The position numbers and the translations under genes were made by a program. Shown here piece by piece: positions 36,349-45,277 of a stretch of DNA of 64,000 nt. This DNA is from Bacillota bacterium (GTDB taxonomy: Bacteria; Bacillota; Sulfobacillia; Sulfobacillales; Sulfobacillaceae), in assembly GCA_021784595.1 (NCBI GenBank), contig JAJYHT010000031.1:6-64005 (forward strand), written 5' to 3'. Position 1 is the first letter of the stretch, and the number at the start of each line of letters is the position of its first letter. Below the pieces are notes generated by a model that had not been told where the DNA came from, ran no database searches, and saw only the letters and a program-made list of their open reading frames with translations.

Positions 36349-38303
36349 CCATGGGTGGGCAAGTATGGGCTGAGACACAAGTATTGTGGCGATACCAATG
36401 GCGCAGCAGATCTTGGTGGATTTGGCTGGTCGCCGCGGGAGTTTGGCCTCTGGGTTATGTGGTTTTCCTAGGCGGGCAGGGCACTGCGCCGTTGATTTTA
36501 TGTCTAAATCTGACCGTGCTGCCCATCGCACCGCTACTCTATGTGCTCTTAGGCACCCGTCTTTCGGAAATTGAACGGGGTGGCCGTGCACGTTGGATTA
36601 GCGGCGCCTGGCCTGTCCGTCCGTGGGTGCGTGCCGCAGGTCAAGTGGTGGTGTTGCTGGTCATCGGTCTAAGCGGGGCCGTCCTCACTTTTTTGTGCAC
36701 GTTATGGCACGTGGACGCCGGGTTTTGGACCAGCAGTTCTTGGCTCCTTTACACCGCACGAGATGGAATGGGCATATTGTTTTTGGGCAATCTTCTCATG
36801 CTCTCTTTTGGATATCTTTGGGGGCAGTGGCTGTTTAGTATTTGGAAAAGCGTTATTGCGTTGCTGATCCCGATATTGGCAGGCGTGGCCACCGTGGCCA
36901 TCGGTTCCACTACCTGGTGGCACAGCGGATGGGCTCCGCTGTTCCAAATTAGCCCCTTTAGTTGGCTTACGGACACCGTGTCCCCGGTGTGGGGATTTGG
37001 GCCTTTTGAGAGGGATTTGGGCCTGATTGCGGGGTGGGTCATTCTTCTAACTTTCGCCTGGTGGGTGGCCATCTGGGCTGGCATTAGTCGAACCGGGCTG
37101 AGCAAAACCTGGGCGGGATTTGTGGTCTTGGCTATGATTGGTATTTCTCTTCCGCTCGGCTATGGGTTGTGGCAAGAGACTCAAGGAATCACGCAAAATC
37201 AAGTCGTTTTCTGGGCTCACCATGGACCAAGAGAACCTGTGGCGATTACCGCATCACACATTTCGCTTAGTCTGGAACACAGTTCGTGGATTAGCGGCCA
37301 AAGTGTGCTGGTGATCACCACCGGCCGGGCGTTGTCCCGCATTCCGCTCTTTTTAAACCCCGAATTTCACATCACGGGAGTTGAGATAGGTCGCCAGTCG
37401 GTCTCATGGCATCCGGCCCGGCAGCATGGATGGATGTGGGTAGATCACCCCATTCGCCAGGGTCAGACCGTGAAAGTGAGCCTGGCTTGGAGCGGCCGTT
37501 TAATATTATGGGGTGAATATAATAGTACTGTCAGCGCGTTTGCCTCTCCTGGAGGAGCGTTGTTGTCTGCGGCGACCTGGTACCCTCTTACCTCAACCCA
37601 AGGCAACGAGATCTGGCAAGTCCATATTCGGGCGCCGAAAGGTCTGCTCGCAGTCAGTGGCTATGGCAGTTTGAACGGCTCCGGATCATTGACCGGGTAT
37701 GGGCAGGGGATGAACCTGGTACTTGGACACTTGGCACCGATACCATTTTCCGGTGCAGTTATCTATGCCGCAGGGGATGAAACGGGTCAAGTCCTGCAAG
37801 CATTGCACGGGGCCACGGCTCTTAAACGGTTGATGCGGGATCTAGGTCCGCCGTATCCCGGAGCGCTGGTATGGAATAGCGCGATGGAGTGGGAACCGCC
37901 GTTTGTGTCTCTTTCCCGGGCGGCATGGCCTCATGCCAACCTCGACTCCCCTTATCCGGCAGCTCCAGGGATGGGCACCGCTTTGGGAAATAACACGGTG
38001 AATCAGCCGGTGCTCCAGCTGGCCAGCGGGCTATCTCGACGCCTGCTCAATCTTTGGCTTACCGGGGGAAAAAGCTTGGTGAGAGAGGGATCCGTGACTC
38101 GTCATTTGGTGTCAGCCATGTTGGCACGCTATGGATTAGCGGACAACTATCGGTCGGGCCCCTTGATTGGGGCAGTGGGGAGTCTATCTCCGGCTGGTTT
38201 TCATTGGAGTGCCATACGTTTCAGACATTTGCTGCAACGGGGAACATTGACGCGAACTCAGATCGGCCAAGTCCTCGAACAGGCTCGGATGCGGTATCCT
38301 TAA
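36345..38303 (+). CDS. polytopic membrane protein with a C-terminal domain resembling the N-terminal beta-domain of M1 aminopeptidases (no HEXXH)
   Basis: ATGA overlap with the upstream gene. ~300-aa multi-TM N-terminus. The C-terminal ~390 aa carry M1 N-domain-like blocks (VKVSLAWSGRL, ATWYPL, VHIRAPKGLLAVSGYG). No HExxH motif occurs anywhere in the ORF. Confidence 0.6.
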   Translation: MTMGGQVWAETQVLWRYQWRSRSWWIWLVAAGVWPLGYVVFLGGQGTAPLILCLNLTVLPIAPLLYVLLGTRLSEIERGGRARWISGAWPVRPWVRAAGQVVVLLVIGLSGAVLTFLCTLWHVDAGFWTSSSWLLYTARDGMGILFLGNLLMLSFGYLWGQWLFSIWKSVIALLIPILAGVATVAIGSTTWWHSGWAPLFQISPFSWLTDTVSPVWGFGPFERDLGLIAGWVILLTFAWWVAIWAGISRTGLSKTWAGFVVLAMIGISLPLGYGLWQETQGITQNQVVFWAHHGPREPVAITASHISLSLEHSSWISGQSVLVITTGRALSRIPLFLNPEFHITGVEIGRQSVSWHPARQHGWMWVDHPIRQGQTVKVSLAWSGRLILWGEYNSTVSAFASPGGALLSAATWYPLTSTQGNEIWQVHIRAPKGLLAVSGYGSLNGSGSLTGYGQGMNLVLGHLAPIPFSGAVIYAAGDETGQVLQALHGATALKRLMRDLGPPYPGALVWNSAMEWEPPFVSLSRAAWPHANLDSPYPAAPGMGTALGNNTVNQPVLQLASGLSRRLLNLWLTGGKSLVREGSVTRHLVSAMLARYGLADNYRSGPLIGAVGSLSPAGFHWSAIRFRHLLQRGTLTRTQIGQVLEQARMRYP

Positions 38304-38324
38304 ACTGATGCATAAGGAGGGCGA

Positions 38325-38891
38325 ATGGTGTCACCCACGGATGAAGAACTCTGCCGCCAAGTGACCGAAGGCCACCGACAAGCACTGGGCCCTCTGTTTG
38401 AACGGTATGCTGAACCTCTGGCTCGTCTGATAAGGATGTCGGGAAGTCCGTCTGAGATGGTGGAAGACCTGGTGCAAGAGACCTTTCTCAAGGCATGGAA
38501 AGCACTCGAGCGCGGCCAGCAACCCCGGCGGTTCGCAACCTGGATTCGGCAGATAGCGCTCAACAATTTAGCGGATTATTGGCGAAAGCCCCAAAGTCGC
38601 CATCGTGAGTTGCTTGATGAATCGCTTGCCGAGCTTGGGACAATTGACAGCAATATCGACGATCGAATTCTCCTCGAGCAATTGTTAGCAAGTTTACCCA
38701 GCGATCTGCGGCACATTGTGGTATTGCACTTTTACCAAGATCTTTCTTTGGCGGACATCAGTGAGGTGATGGACATACCCTTAGGTACGGTGAAATCGCG
38801 GCTGGCCCGAGCGTATCGTTTGATGCAAGGTGCGTTGGCATCATGGGAAGAAGGAGAGGGTTATCATGTCCGACAAAGGCAAGGAATATGA
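38325..38891 (+). CDS. ECF-type RNA polymerase sigma-70 factor
   Basis: Region 2 (VQETFLKAWKAL) and region 4 (LHFYQDLSLADISEVMDIPLGTVKSRLARA). AAGGAGGG RBS. Confidence 0.9.
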   Translation: MVSPTDEELCRQVTEGHRQALGPLFERYAEPLARLIRMSGSPSEMVEDLVQETFLKAWKALERGQQPRRFATWIRQIALNNLADYWRKPQSRHRELLDESLAELGTIDSNIDDRILLEQLLASLPSDLRHIVVLHFYQDLSLADISEVMDIPLGTVKSRLARAYRLMQGALASWEEGEGYHVRQRQGI

Positions 38892-39687
38892 GAACTGGCA
38901 TAGAGAGTGGGCCGATGAGAACCAGGATGACGATCCCAGGCTTTGGCAAGTGCTCAATGCCGGCCGTGATAATACTCCTTTGTTGAGTGCCCAGGCAGTA
39001 ATGCACATGCGACGTGAACTTACAGGTCCGTCATGGTGGGTGCGAGACAGCAATGTGCTTCGCTACTCCTATGCCCTATATCCATGGAAAGCACTTATAA
39101 CCATAGGTTTTGCGATGATTATGGCTTTTTTCCTTAATGGCTCGGTCGTGATTACCGAGTTGTCCCGAGCCCATGTGGCACTGGTGGGTCTTGTGGCACC
39201 TTGGATCGGGGTGGGGGCGAGTTTTGTGATGATGGGGTGGACTAGCACGGCGTGGCGCCGCATAGAGGCGGTGGCGCCCATAAATTGCCATCGCCGTGTT
39301 TTGGCCGAGTGGGGCATGTTGTCGGCCGTGGTTTTAATGATGGCTACCGTAATGATGTGGGTTTTCCCCGCTCGTGGGCTAGACAGGACCACGATGATGG
39401 CTGTCTGGATAGGACCCTACCTGCTGGCGTCAGCCTTAATGATCCGAATCTCCCTGCGATGGGGTGTTGGGTGGGGTCTGGCAATAAATGGCGCGATATG
39501 GGGATTGCAATCGGTGTGGGGTATTTATAGGCTGATGGACACAATGCCTCACGGCTGGCAGGGCGCCCTCTGGTATGCCACGGTTATAGGCCCTGGGATA
39601 CTCCGTCAAGCGCAATGGGGTGCGGCTGTCTTAGCTGTGGTGATTGTGGGACTGTCAAAGAGGACCTATGGAAATCGCGCTGGTTAA
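38866..39687 (+). CDS. polytopic membrane protein; anti-sigma candidate by position
   Basis: Overlaps the sigma gene. Acidic cytoplasmic N-terminus followed by ~6 TM segments. No zf-HC2 motif. Start taken at MSDKGKEY (GGAGAGGG RBS). Confidence 0.6.
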   Translation: MSDKGKEYENWHREWADENQDDDPRLWQVLNAGRDNTPLLSAQAVMHMRRELTGPSWWVRDSNVLRYSYALYPWKALITIGFAMIMAFFLNGSVVITELSRAHVALVGLVAPWIGVGASFVMMGWTSTAWRRIEAVAPINCHRRVLAEWGMLSAVVLMMATVMMWVFPARGLDRTTMMAVWIGPYLLASALMIRISLRWGVGWGLAINGAIWGLQSVWGIYRLMDTMPHGWQGALWYATVIGPGILRQAQWGAAVLAVVIVGLSKRTYGNRAG

Positions 39688-40306
39688 GGCACGAGGGTTA
39701 GGCATTGGGCATCCGGTGTCTTGTCGTTTGAATCCGGGAGTCACTTGGCTCTCGGGATCGAATGCCATGGGATTGGTCACAATGCTCAAATGGTGGTCCC
39801 TATCCAGGGTTCCTGCACACGGCACATTATTCGTCAACGGCCAAAAATGGCAAGACCTGACACTCCGGCGCCAAGCGCATTACAAACGAAAAATCGGATT
39901 CAAGCCGCGGGTTGATACATTGCCCGAACACATTCGGGTAAACCGGGCGCTAGCGTATTGGGCGGCACTATGGGAACTCGATGATCCGGCCATCGCGGCC
40001 AAGAATGCCATGGCGGATTGGGGGCTGGACCTGATAGCTGAGCGGCGCTTAGGCACTTTGTCAGTGGGTGAGCAGCAAAGGCTGCTGCTGGCGGGCAGCT
40101 CTCTGATGGACCCCGAGGTGTGGATATTGGAGGAACCGTGGAATGGCCTAGACACCGAGGCACGTGTCCTGTTAATGGACCGAATAATGCGCATGGCACC
40201 TGGCGCATCTGTGGTGGTATCTGATGTAGCCTGGCCAGAAGATTTGCTTGAGTGGGATTGCCATGGCGACGTCACCAGCGATGAGCTGATCTGGGTACAT
40301 CGATGA
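39668..40306 (+). CDS. degenerate ABC-type nucleotide-binding-domain protein
   Basis: NBD-like order of motifs, each one substituted: Walker A GSNAMGLVT (no Lys), signature LSVGEQQRL, Walker B WILEEP, H-loop position SD. Confidence 0.6.
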   Translation: MEIALVKARGLGIGHPVSCRLNPGVTWLSGSNAMGLVTMLKWWSLSRVPAHGTLFVNGQKWQDLTLRRQAHYKRKIGFKPRVDTLPEHIRVNRALAYWAALWELDDPAIAAKNAMADWGLDLIAERRLGTLSVGEQQRLLLAGSSLMDPEVWILEEPWNGLDTEARVLLMDRIMRMAPGASVVVSDVAWPEDLLEWDCHGDVTSDELIWVHR

Positions 40307-40400
40307 ACAGGAATTCCTTTTAATATGTTTTGCAGGAAATGGGCGCTTTGTCGCGAATTTCTCTCATAAAAAGATGGTGTGATGTCGAAAGGAAGCAAAA

Positions 40401-40724
40401 ATGCCAATCTATAATAAGCTGGTGCGTGATAAGATCCCGGAAATTATTGCCCAAAGCGGAAAGGCGTGTCGGGTTCGTTCCCTAAGCCCAGATGAAATTG
40501 GGCCCATGCTTCGAGCAAAGCTGCAAGAAGAACTAGCCGAATACTTAGGGGCGCTCACTGATGCAGAGGCGACCGAAGAATTAGCTGATGTATTGGAAGT
40601 CATTTTTGCGTTAGGCACTGTGCATGGGGTGGGACCTGAGCGACTTCTGGCCTTGCAGCAAGAAAAACGCGATGCCCGCGGTGGCTTTGCCGAAGGACTC
40701 TTTCTTATTGATGTCGATGACTGA
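40401..40724 (+). CDS. MazG-like all-alpha NTP pyrophosphohydrolase (PRA-PH family)
   Basis: 107 aa. YNKLVRDKIPEII N-terminus. Metal-binding EExxE (QEELAEY) and EExxDxxE (EELADVLEV) motifs. C-terminal RGGF. Confidence 0.8.
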   Translation: MPIYNKLVRDKIPEIIAQSGKACRVRSLSPDEIGPMLRAKLQEELAEYLGALTDAEATEELADVLEVIFALGTVHGVGPERLLALQQEKRDARGGFAEGLFLIDVDD

Positions 40725-43155
40725 TCCGAAGTTAGTGACCCATAACTTAGTTCAGGTGTTGCAAGCGCAGTTGACCCAGTCCCAGGCGGTGTATTGGCTG
40801 GTGGCGTTTACCATGGCTTCGGGAGTGGAGTTATTGTTGCCTCAACTGAAAACGGCTATGGAACACGGCACCGATGTGAAAATTTTAACCGGTGACTATC
40901 TTTATGTTACCGAACCTGAAGCCTTGGCTTTGTTATTAGAAGAAATACCCAAGGCTGAAATTCGCTTGTGGATGAGCCAAGGTCAGTCATTCCATGCCAA
41001 GTCATACCTGTTTGAACATCAAGTGGGCGATCATACCAGTATTGTAGGTTCCTCCAACTGGTCGCGATCAGCGCTAACCGGGGGCGTGGAATGGAATCTC
41101 ATGGTGCGAGGCAGCGATCTGGACAGTATAAATCGATTCATGCATATGTTCTATGCTGATCGCACGGTGCCGCTCAATAGCTTGACGCTAGCCCGATATC
41201 GAGAGGAACGCCAGCATTTTCGAGCGAGCTCCCCCGATTTGATCAGGGAATGGACACGAGCAGAATCCGCCCGGGTAATGATCGACGGCCAGTGGGATGA
41301 TCTACTCCCAGACGACGGACCCCACACTGTCAACGGCACAACGCCACTCACGCTCCGTCCGGTGCAGGTGGAAGCGTTGAAGGCCCTTGAGGCCACTCAA
41401 GTCGAAGGATATCAAAAAGCCTTGGTGGTATTGCCGACCGGGTTGGGAAAAACCTATCTTGCGGCATTCTTTGCAAAACAATTCCAACGCATTTTGTTTG
41501 TAGCCCATCGTGAGGAAATATTGAACCAAGCTCTGCGAAGCTTTCAACAGGTATTGCCCCAGCGTCGAATGACAAGGTATGGGGGAAAACCGGAAGATCT
41601 TCATACGGACGGTCTTTTTGCCTCTGTTTACACGTTGGCCGGTGCAGCTCATCGAAATCGCTTCAACCCATCAGATTTTGACCTGGTGATTATCGATGAA
41701 TTTCACCATGCTGCCGCCAGTTCATACCAAAAAATCTTGCAACATTTCAATCCAAAATTTCTTTTGGGATTGACGGCTACACCTGATCGTACTGATGGGC
41801 GAGACATTTTTGGCTTGTGTGAGGGAAATTTGGCATACCAGCTGACCCTGCCCGAAGCTATCAATCATAAGTGGCTGGCTCCATTTTGGTACTACGGAGT
41901 TTATGACCCGATCGACTATACCGCAGTACGTTGGCGGCAAACCCACTATGATGACGAAGAACTGCTTCGAATGCAGACACAATCCAGTCATGCTGAAGTG
42001 GTTTACCGAGCATGGCAAACGCATCATGTGACCCGGACTTTGGGATTTTGCAGTTCCGTGCGGCATGCGCAATTTTTGTCGGAGATATTTCACCAAAAGG
42101 GCATCAGAAGTGCCTGGGTGGACGGAGAATCTGGTATGGCAAGCCGTCGTCAGATCATTCGGGATTTGGAGCAAGGAGAACTGGATATTGTCTTTAGTGT
42201 CGATCTATTTAATGAGGGCATCGATATTCCAGTGGTCGATACCATTTTGTTGGTGCGCCCAACCCAATCTTCGATCATCTTTATTCAGCAACTCGGACGC
42301 GGACTTCGCTTGTCTTGGGGTAAAACCCATTGCGTGGTCATCGATCTTATTGGAAACTACCGGAACGCTGACACCAAGTTGGAATGGCTGGGAGTTGCCA
42401 GCCCTTGGGCGGCAGCAACTAATGCATTGACTGAAGTGAGAGCAAATTTGCCCCAAGCATGCCGAATGGATTTAGAACTCGAAGTGATTGACGTCTTAGT
42501 CCGCATGATTCGCCAACGCACTCCCAGAAAGACTTGGGTTCTTAACGCGTATCACCAATTGAAGACAGAATGGGGAAGGCGTCCCACCTATTTGGAGTTT
42601 CATTTGCATAGCGGTGTCGATTCCCGATTAGTCCGGCAAGAATTTGGATCATTTGTTGGGGTTTTGGAAGCAGCTGGGGATCTTTCTGTTCATGACCAAG
42701 AGGTATGGAGCCGATATCGCGAATGGATTTGGGAAGTGGAAAAAACTCCGATGGTAAAGAGCTACAAAATGGTGTTGCTCCAAGCAATGCTCAACCGGGG
42801 ATCAAAGACGTGGTGGACATTGATCACCCCGACCGAGGCCGCGCCATATTTTCATCGCTATCTTACCAGCATGCAATATCGCAAACGGATAGATTTCTCA
42901 GACAAAACCACGAGAGAGCTGTGGGATTACCGGGAATCCAAAATGGCCAGCCTGATACGGCGAATGCCCATGAGCCAATGGAGTTCGAACAGTGCCGGGT
43001 GGGTGACTTTGGATCCCGAAGGATTTCAAGTGCAGTTGACTGCTGGTGACGATAGGGTGCTAACAACACTTTATGAATGGACGCAGGAAATAGCTGAGTA
43101 TCGATTGCATTGGTATTTTGAGCGTAAGGAACGGTCAAGGGGAAGTTTGGCATAG
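40717..43155 (+). CDS. SauUSI-like type IV (modification-dependent) restriction enzyme: PLD nuclease + SF2 helicase/ResIII + DUF3427
   Basis: Single HKD motif (SFHAKSYLF...GSSNWS). Helicase motifs I (LPTGLGKT), II (IIDEFHH), III (LTATPDR) and VI (QQLGRGLR). ~200-aa C-terminal domain in the DUF3427 position. The start overlaps the MazG-like stop by 8 nt. Confidence 0.85.
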   Translation: MTDPKLVTHNLVQVLQAQLTQSQAVYWLVAFTMASGVELLLPQLKTAMEHGTDVKILTGDYLYVTEPEALALLLEEIPKAEIRLWMSQGQSFHAKSYLFEHQVGDHTSIVGSSNWSRSALTGGVEWNLMVRGSDLDSINRFMHMFYADRTVPLNSLTLARYREERQHFRASSPDLIREWTRAESARVMIDGQWDDLLPDDGPHTVNGTTPLTLRPVQVEALKALEATQVEGYQKALVVLPTGLGKTYLAAFFAKQFQRILFVAHREEILNQALRSFQQVLPQRRMTRYGGKPEDLHTDGLFASVYTLAGAAHRNRFNPSDFDLVIIDEFHHAAASSYQKILQHFNPKFLLGLTATPDRTDGRDIFGLCEGNLAYQLTLPEAINHKWLAPFWYYGVYDPIDYTAVRWRQTHYDDEELLRMQTQSSHAEVVYRAWQTHHVTRTLGFCSSVRHAQFLSEIFHQKGIRSAWVDGESGMASRRQIIRDLEQGELDIVFSVDLFNEGIDIPVVDTILLVRPTQSSIIFIQQLGRGLRLSWGKTHCVVIDLIGNYRNADTKLEWLGVASPWAAATNALTEVRANLPQACRMDLELEVIDVLVRMIRQRTPRKTWVLNAYHQLKTEWGRRPTYLEFHLHSGVDSRLVRQEFGSFVGVLEAAGDLSVHDQEVWSRYREWIWEVEKTPMVKSYKMVLLQAMLNRGSKTWWTLITPTEAAPYFHRYLTSMQYRKRIDFSDKTTRELWDYRESKMASLIRRMPMSQWSSNSAGWVTLDPEGFQVQLTAGDDRVLTTLYEWTQEIAEYRLHWYFERKERSRGSLA

Positions 43156-43896
43156 GATAGGTGGGATGCATCCGCCCGTTGCCCAGGGGTTACTTATCAA
43201 GACAAGGTCTCCCACCTGACATTCAAGAACCTTCATTGATCATCGCATGAAATGAAATAACTCATTCCCACAGAACGAGTACGAAGCTACTTATAGGGTG
43301 GTTAGGCTATGCGGTCCTGATAGTCCAGAACGAAAGACCCTGTGACTTTGCGAGCCCGGTTTGTGCACGGCGGAACATCTTAAATTCTGGTAATAATATA
43401 ACGCGAATGAAGTGCGACAAGTGACACCCGTGGCAAGAAAGCTAATCTTTACAGACAAGATGAAACCGATTGAATTAGTTTTGGCCTGTCCTAAAACCTA
43501 CATCCTAAGTCACGACGATCCTAACAAACGGCAACTCTTATTTCTTAAACCGGTGACGGCTTCTCATTTATCGTGGCCGCTTACCCCCGGTTTGGGAAAT
43601 ATATCCCGCTCTATGGGTAACGATTAGGTCGCGAAACAGGGACCAAGGCATGCAATGCGTTCGGGGATCTCCACCGCGTTTATGCGGGAACAACTGAACG
43701 CGTTTCATAGACGCAACATCTATCACACCATCATTTCAACAGAATATCGCTGAGAGAATACCGTGCTCTCAGCACCCAGGGTTAATCACGGAATACGGAT
43801 ATCAAAACTTTTTTTTGCCATAGGGGTGATTACCGAGGGGGAGTTTTGTTCGTTCTACCTAAAAGAACAACGCGACGTGAAAGGGGAACAGGTTTG

Positions 43897-45249
43897 ATGA
43901 ATTTTGGAGAACCTCTGTCACTGGATGACGCTCGATTGACCCGCACACATGCATTTTGGCTCTTGTTGGCTGCCTTAGCCTGGCTGATTGAAGCTTACGA
44001 TATTGGACTGATGGGGGTGGTGTTGGTGCCCCTGCGCCATTTATGGCATCTTACGGCATCCGATACCGGTCTTTTGGTTGCGGCCTCTACGGTGGGCATT
44101 GTGCTAGGCGTCATTCCCGCGGGCTATCTAATTGATCGATATGGTCGGAAACATTTGTTAGTGGGTTCTTTGCTTTTTTATACCGTAGTTTCGGTGCTGA
44201 CGGGATGGGCAGGATCATGGCAAGACGTTGCCATATTGCGTCTGGTGGCTGGGATTGGGTTAGGCGCCATGTTTCCCATTCCATATACGCTGTTGGCGGA
44301 ATTGAGTCCGAAAAATCGGCGGGGCATGGTGGCCGGCGCGCTGGATGCTTTTCTTTCCATCGGGTACTTCGCTGCACCTCTGTTGGCGGCTTGGCTAGTG
44401 CCTTCCTTAGGGATTGATGTAGGATGGCGGACCCTCTTTTTTGTTTCTGGGATTGGCTTGTTTTACGCGTTCATTCTATGGCGCTATTTGCCTGAATCGC
44501 CTCGATGGCTGTTGTCGCAGGGCAGAGTTGATGAGGCGAAGCGGATTCTCAAAGGGTTAAATCTTACGCTTGTGGTCACCGCTTTAGGAAATGACGAGGA
44601 GGCTCTAAAGCCCGACCGGACAGCACGGCTCTTTTCCGCACCTTATTTGAAGCGAACGGTGATGATGTGGATTGCGTTTCCCGCCATTCTCTTCATGTTC
44701 TACGCCATTATGAGCTACATGCCTTCGGTGTTGGTAAAAGAAGGATTCACTAGCCGTGATGCGTATCTGTTTTCCAGCTTGATTATGGCGGCCACCATCC
44801 CGGGAAAATTGCTGGAGGGCTGGCTCGTGGAACGTTGGGGGAGAAAAGCCTTGATCGTGGTATTTACGTTGACCGGTGGACTGGCGGCGCTGCTTTTTCC
44901 CCTGGTGCATGGCACATTCTCCATCGTGGCGATTGGCATTGCACTGGCCTTCTTTGGCATTTCGGTCGATCCGGCAATTAAAGTGTTTTCGGCAGAACAG
45001 TACCCGACCACCTTGCGGGGCAAAGGAGTGGCCTTTACCGAGGGAGTGGGCCGTCTTTTAGGCGGTGCCTTGGCTCCGTACATCATGGCTTTGGTATTGG
45101 CTGGCGCCGGTGTGGGACAAAGCTTTGACTTTGTGGCGGTGGTGGCCGGAGCGGGTGCTTTGGCGGTCGGCACTTTAGGACGGGAGACCAAAGGTGTGGC
45201 ACTCGAAGAGCGGGCGCACCCGACGGTGATTGAAGCGACTGTCGGTTAG
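43897..45249 (+). CDS. MFS transporter
   Basis: 12-TM layout with MFS loop motifs (GYLIDRYGRKHLL, PESPRWL). Start taken at MNFGEPL after AAAGGGGAA. Confidence 0.85.
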   Translation: MNFGEPLSLDDARLTRTHAFWLLLAALAWLIEAYDIGLMGVVLVPLRHLWHLTASDTGLLVAASTVGIVLGVIPAGYLIDRYGRKHLLVGSLLFYTVVSVLTGWAGSWQDVAILRLVAGIGLGAMFPIPYTLLAELSPKNRRGMVAGALDAFLSIGYFAAPLLAAWLVPSLGIDVGWRTLFFVSGIGLFYAFILWRYLPESPRWLLSQGRVDEAKRILKGLNLTLVVTALGNDEEALKPDRTARLFSAPYLKRTVMMWIAFPAILFMFYAIMSYMPSVLVKEGFTSRDAYLFSSLIMAATIPGKLLEGWLVERWGRKALIVVFTLTGGLAALLFPLVHGTFSIVAIGIALAFFGISVDPAIKVFSAEQYPTTLRGKGVAFTEGVGRLLGGALAPYIMALVLAGAGVGQSFDFVAVVAGAGALAVGTLGRETKGVALEERAHPTVIEATVG

Positions 45250-45277
45250 AGACGGACAATAAAATGGGGGAAGCAAC

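Noticed and set aside
43600-43790. Possible third, degenerate copy of the cassette IR: aacgattaggtcgcg versus gacgattaggccgcg, and a 10-mer cagggttaat
   Set aside because: The matches are short, the spacing differs (about 150 nt versus about 30 nt) and the intervening sequence does not align. I cannot distinguish this from chance without a statistical alignment.
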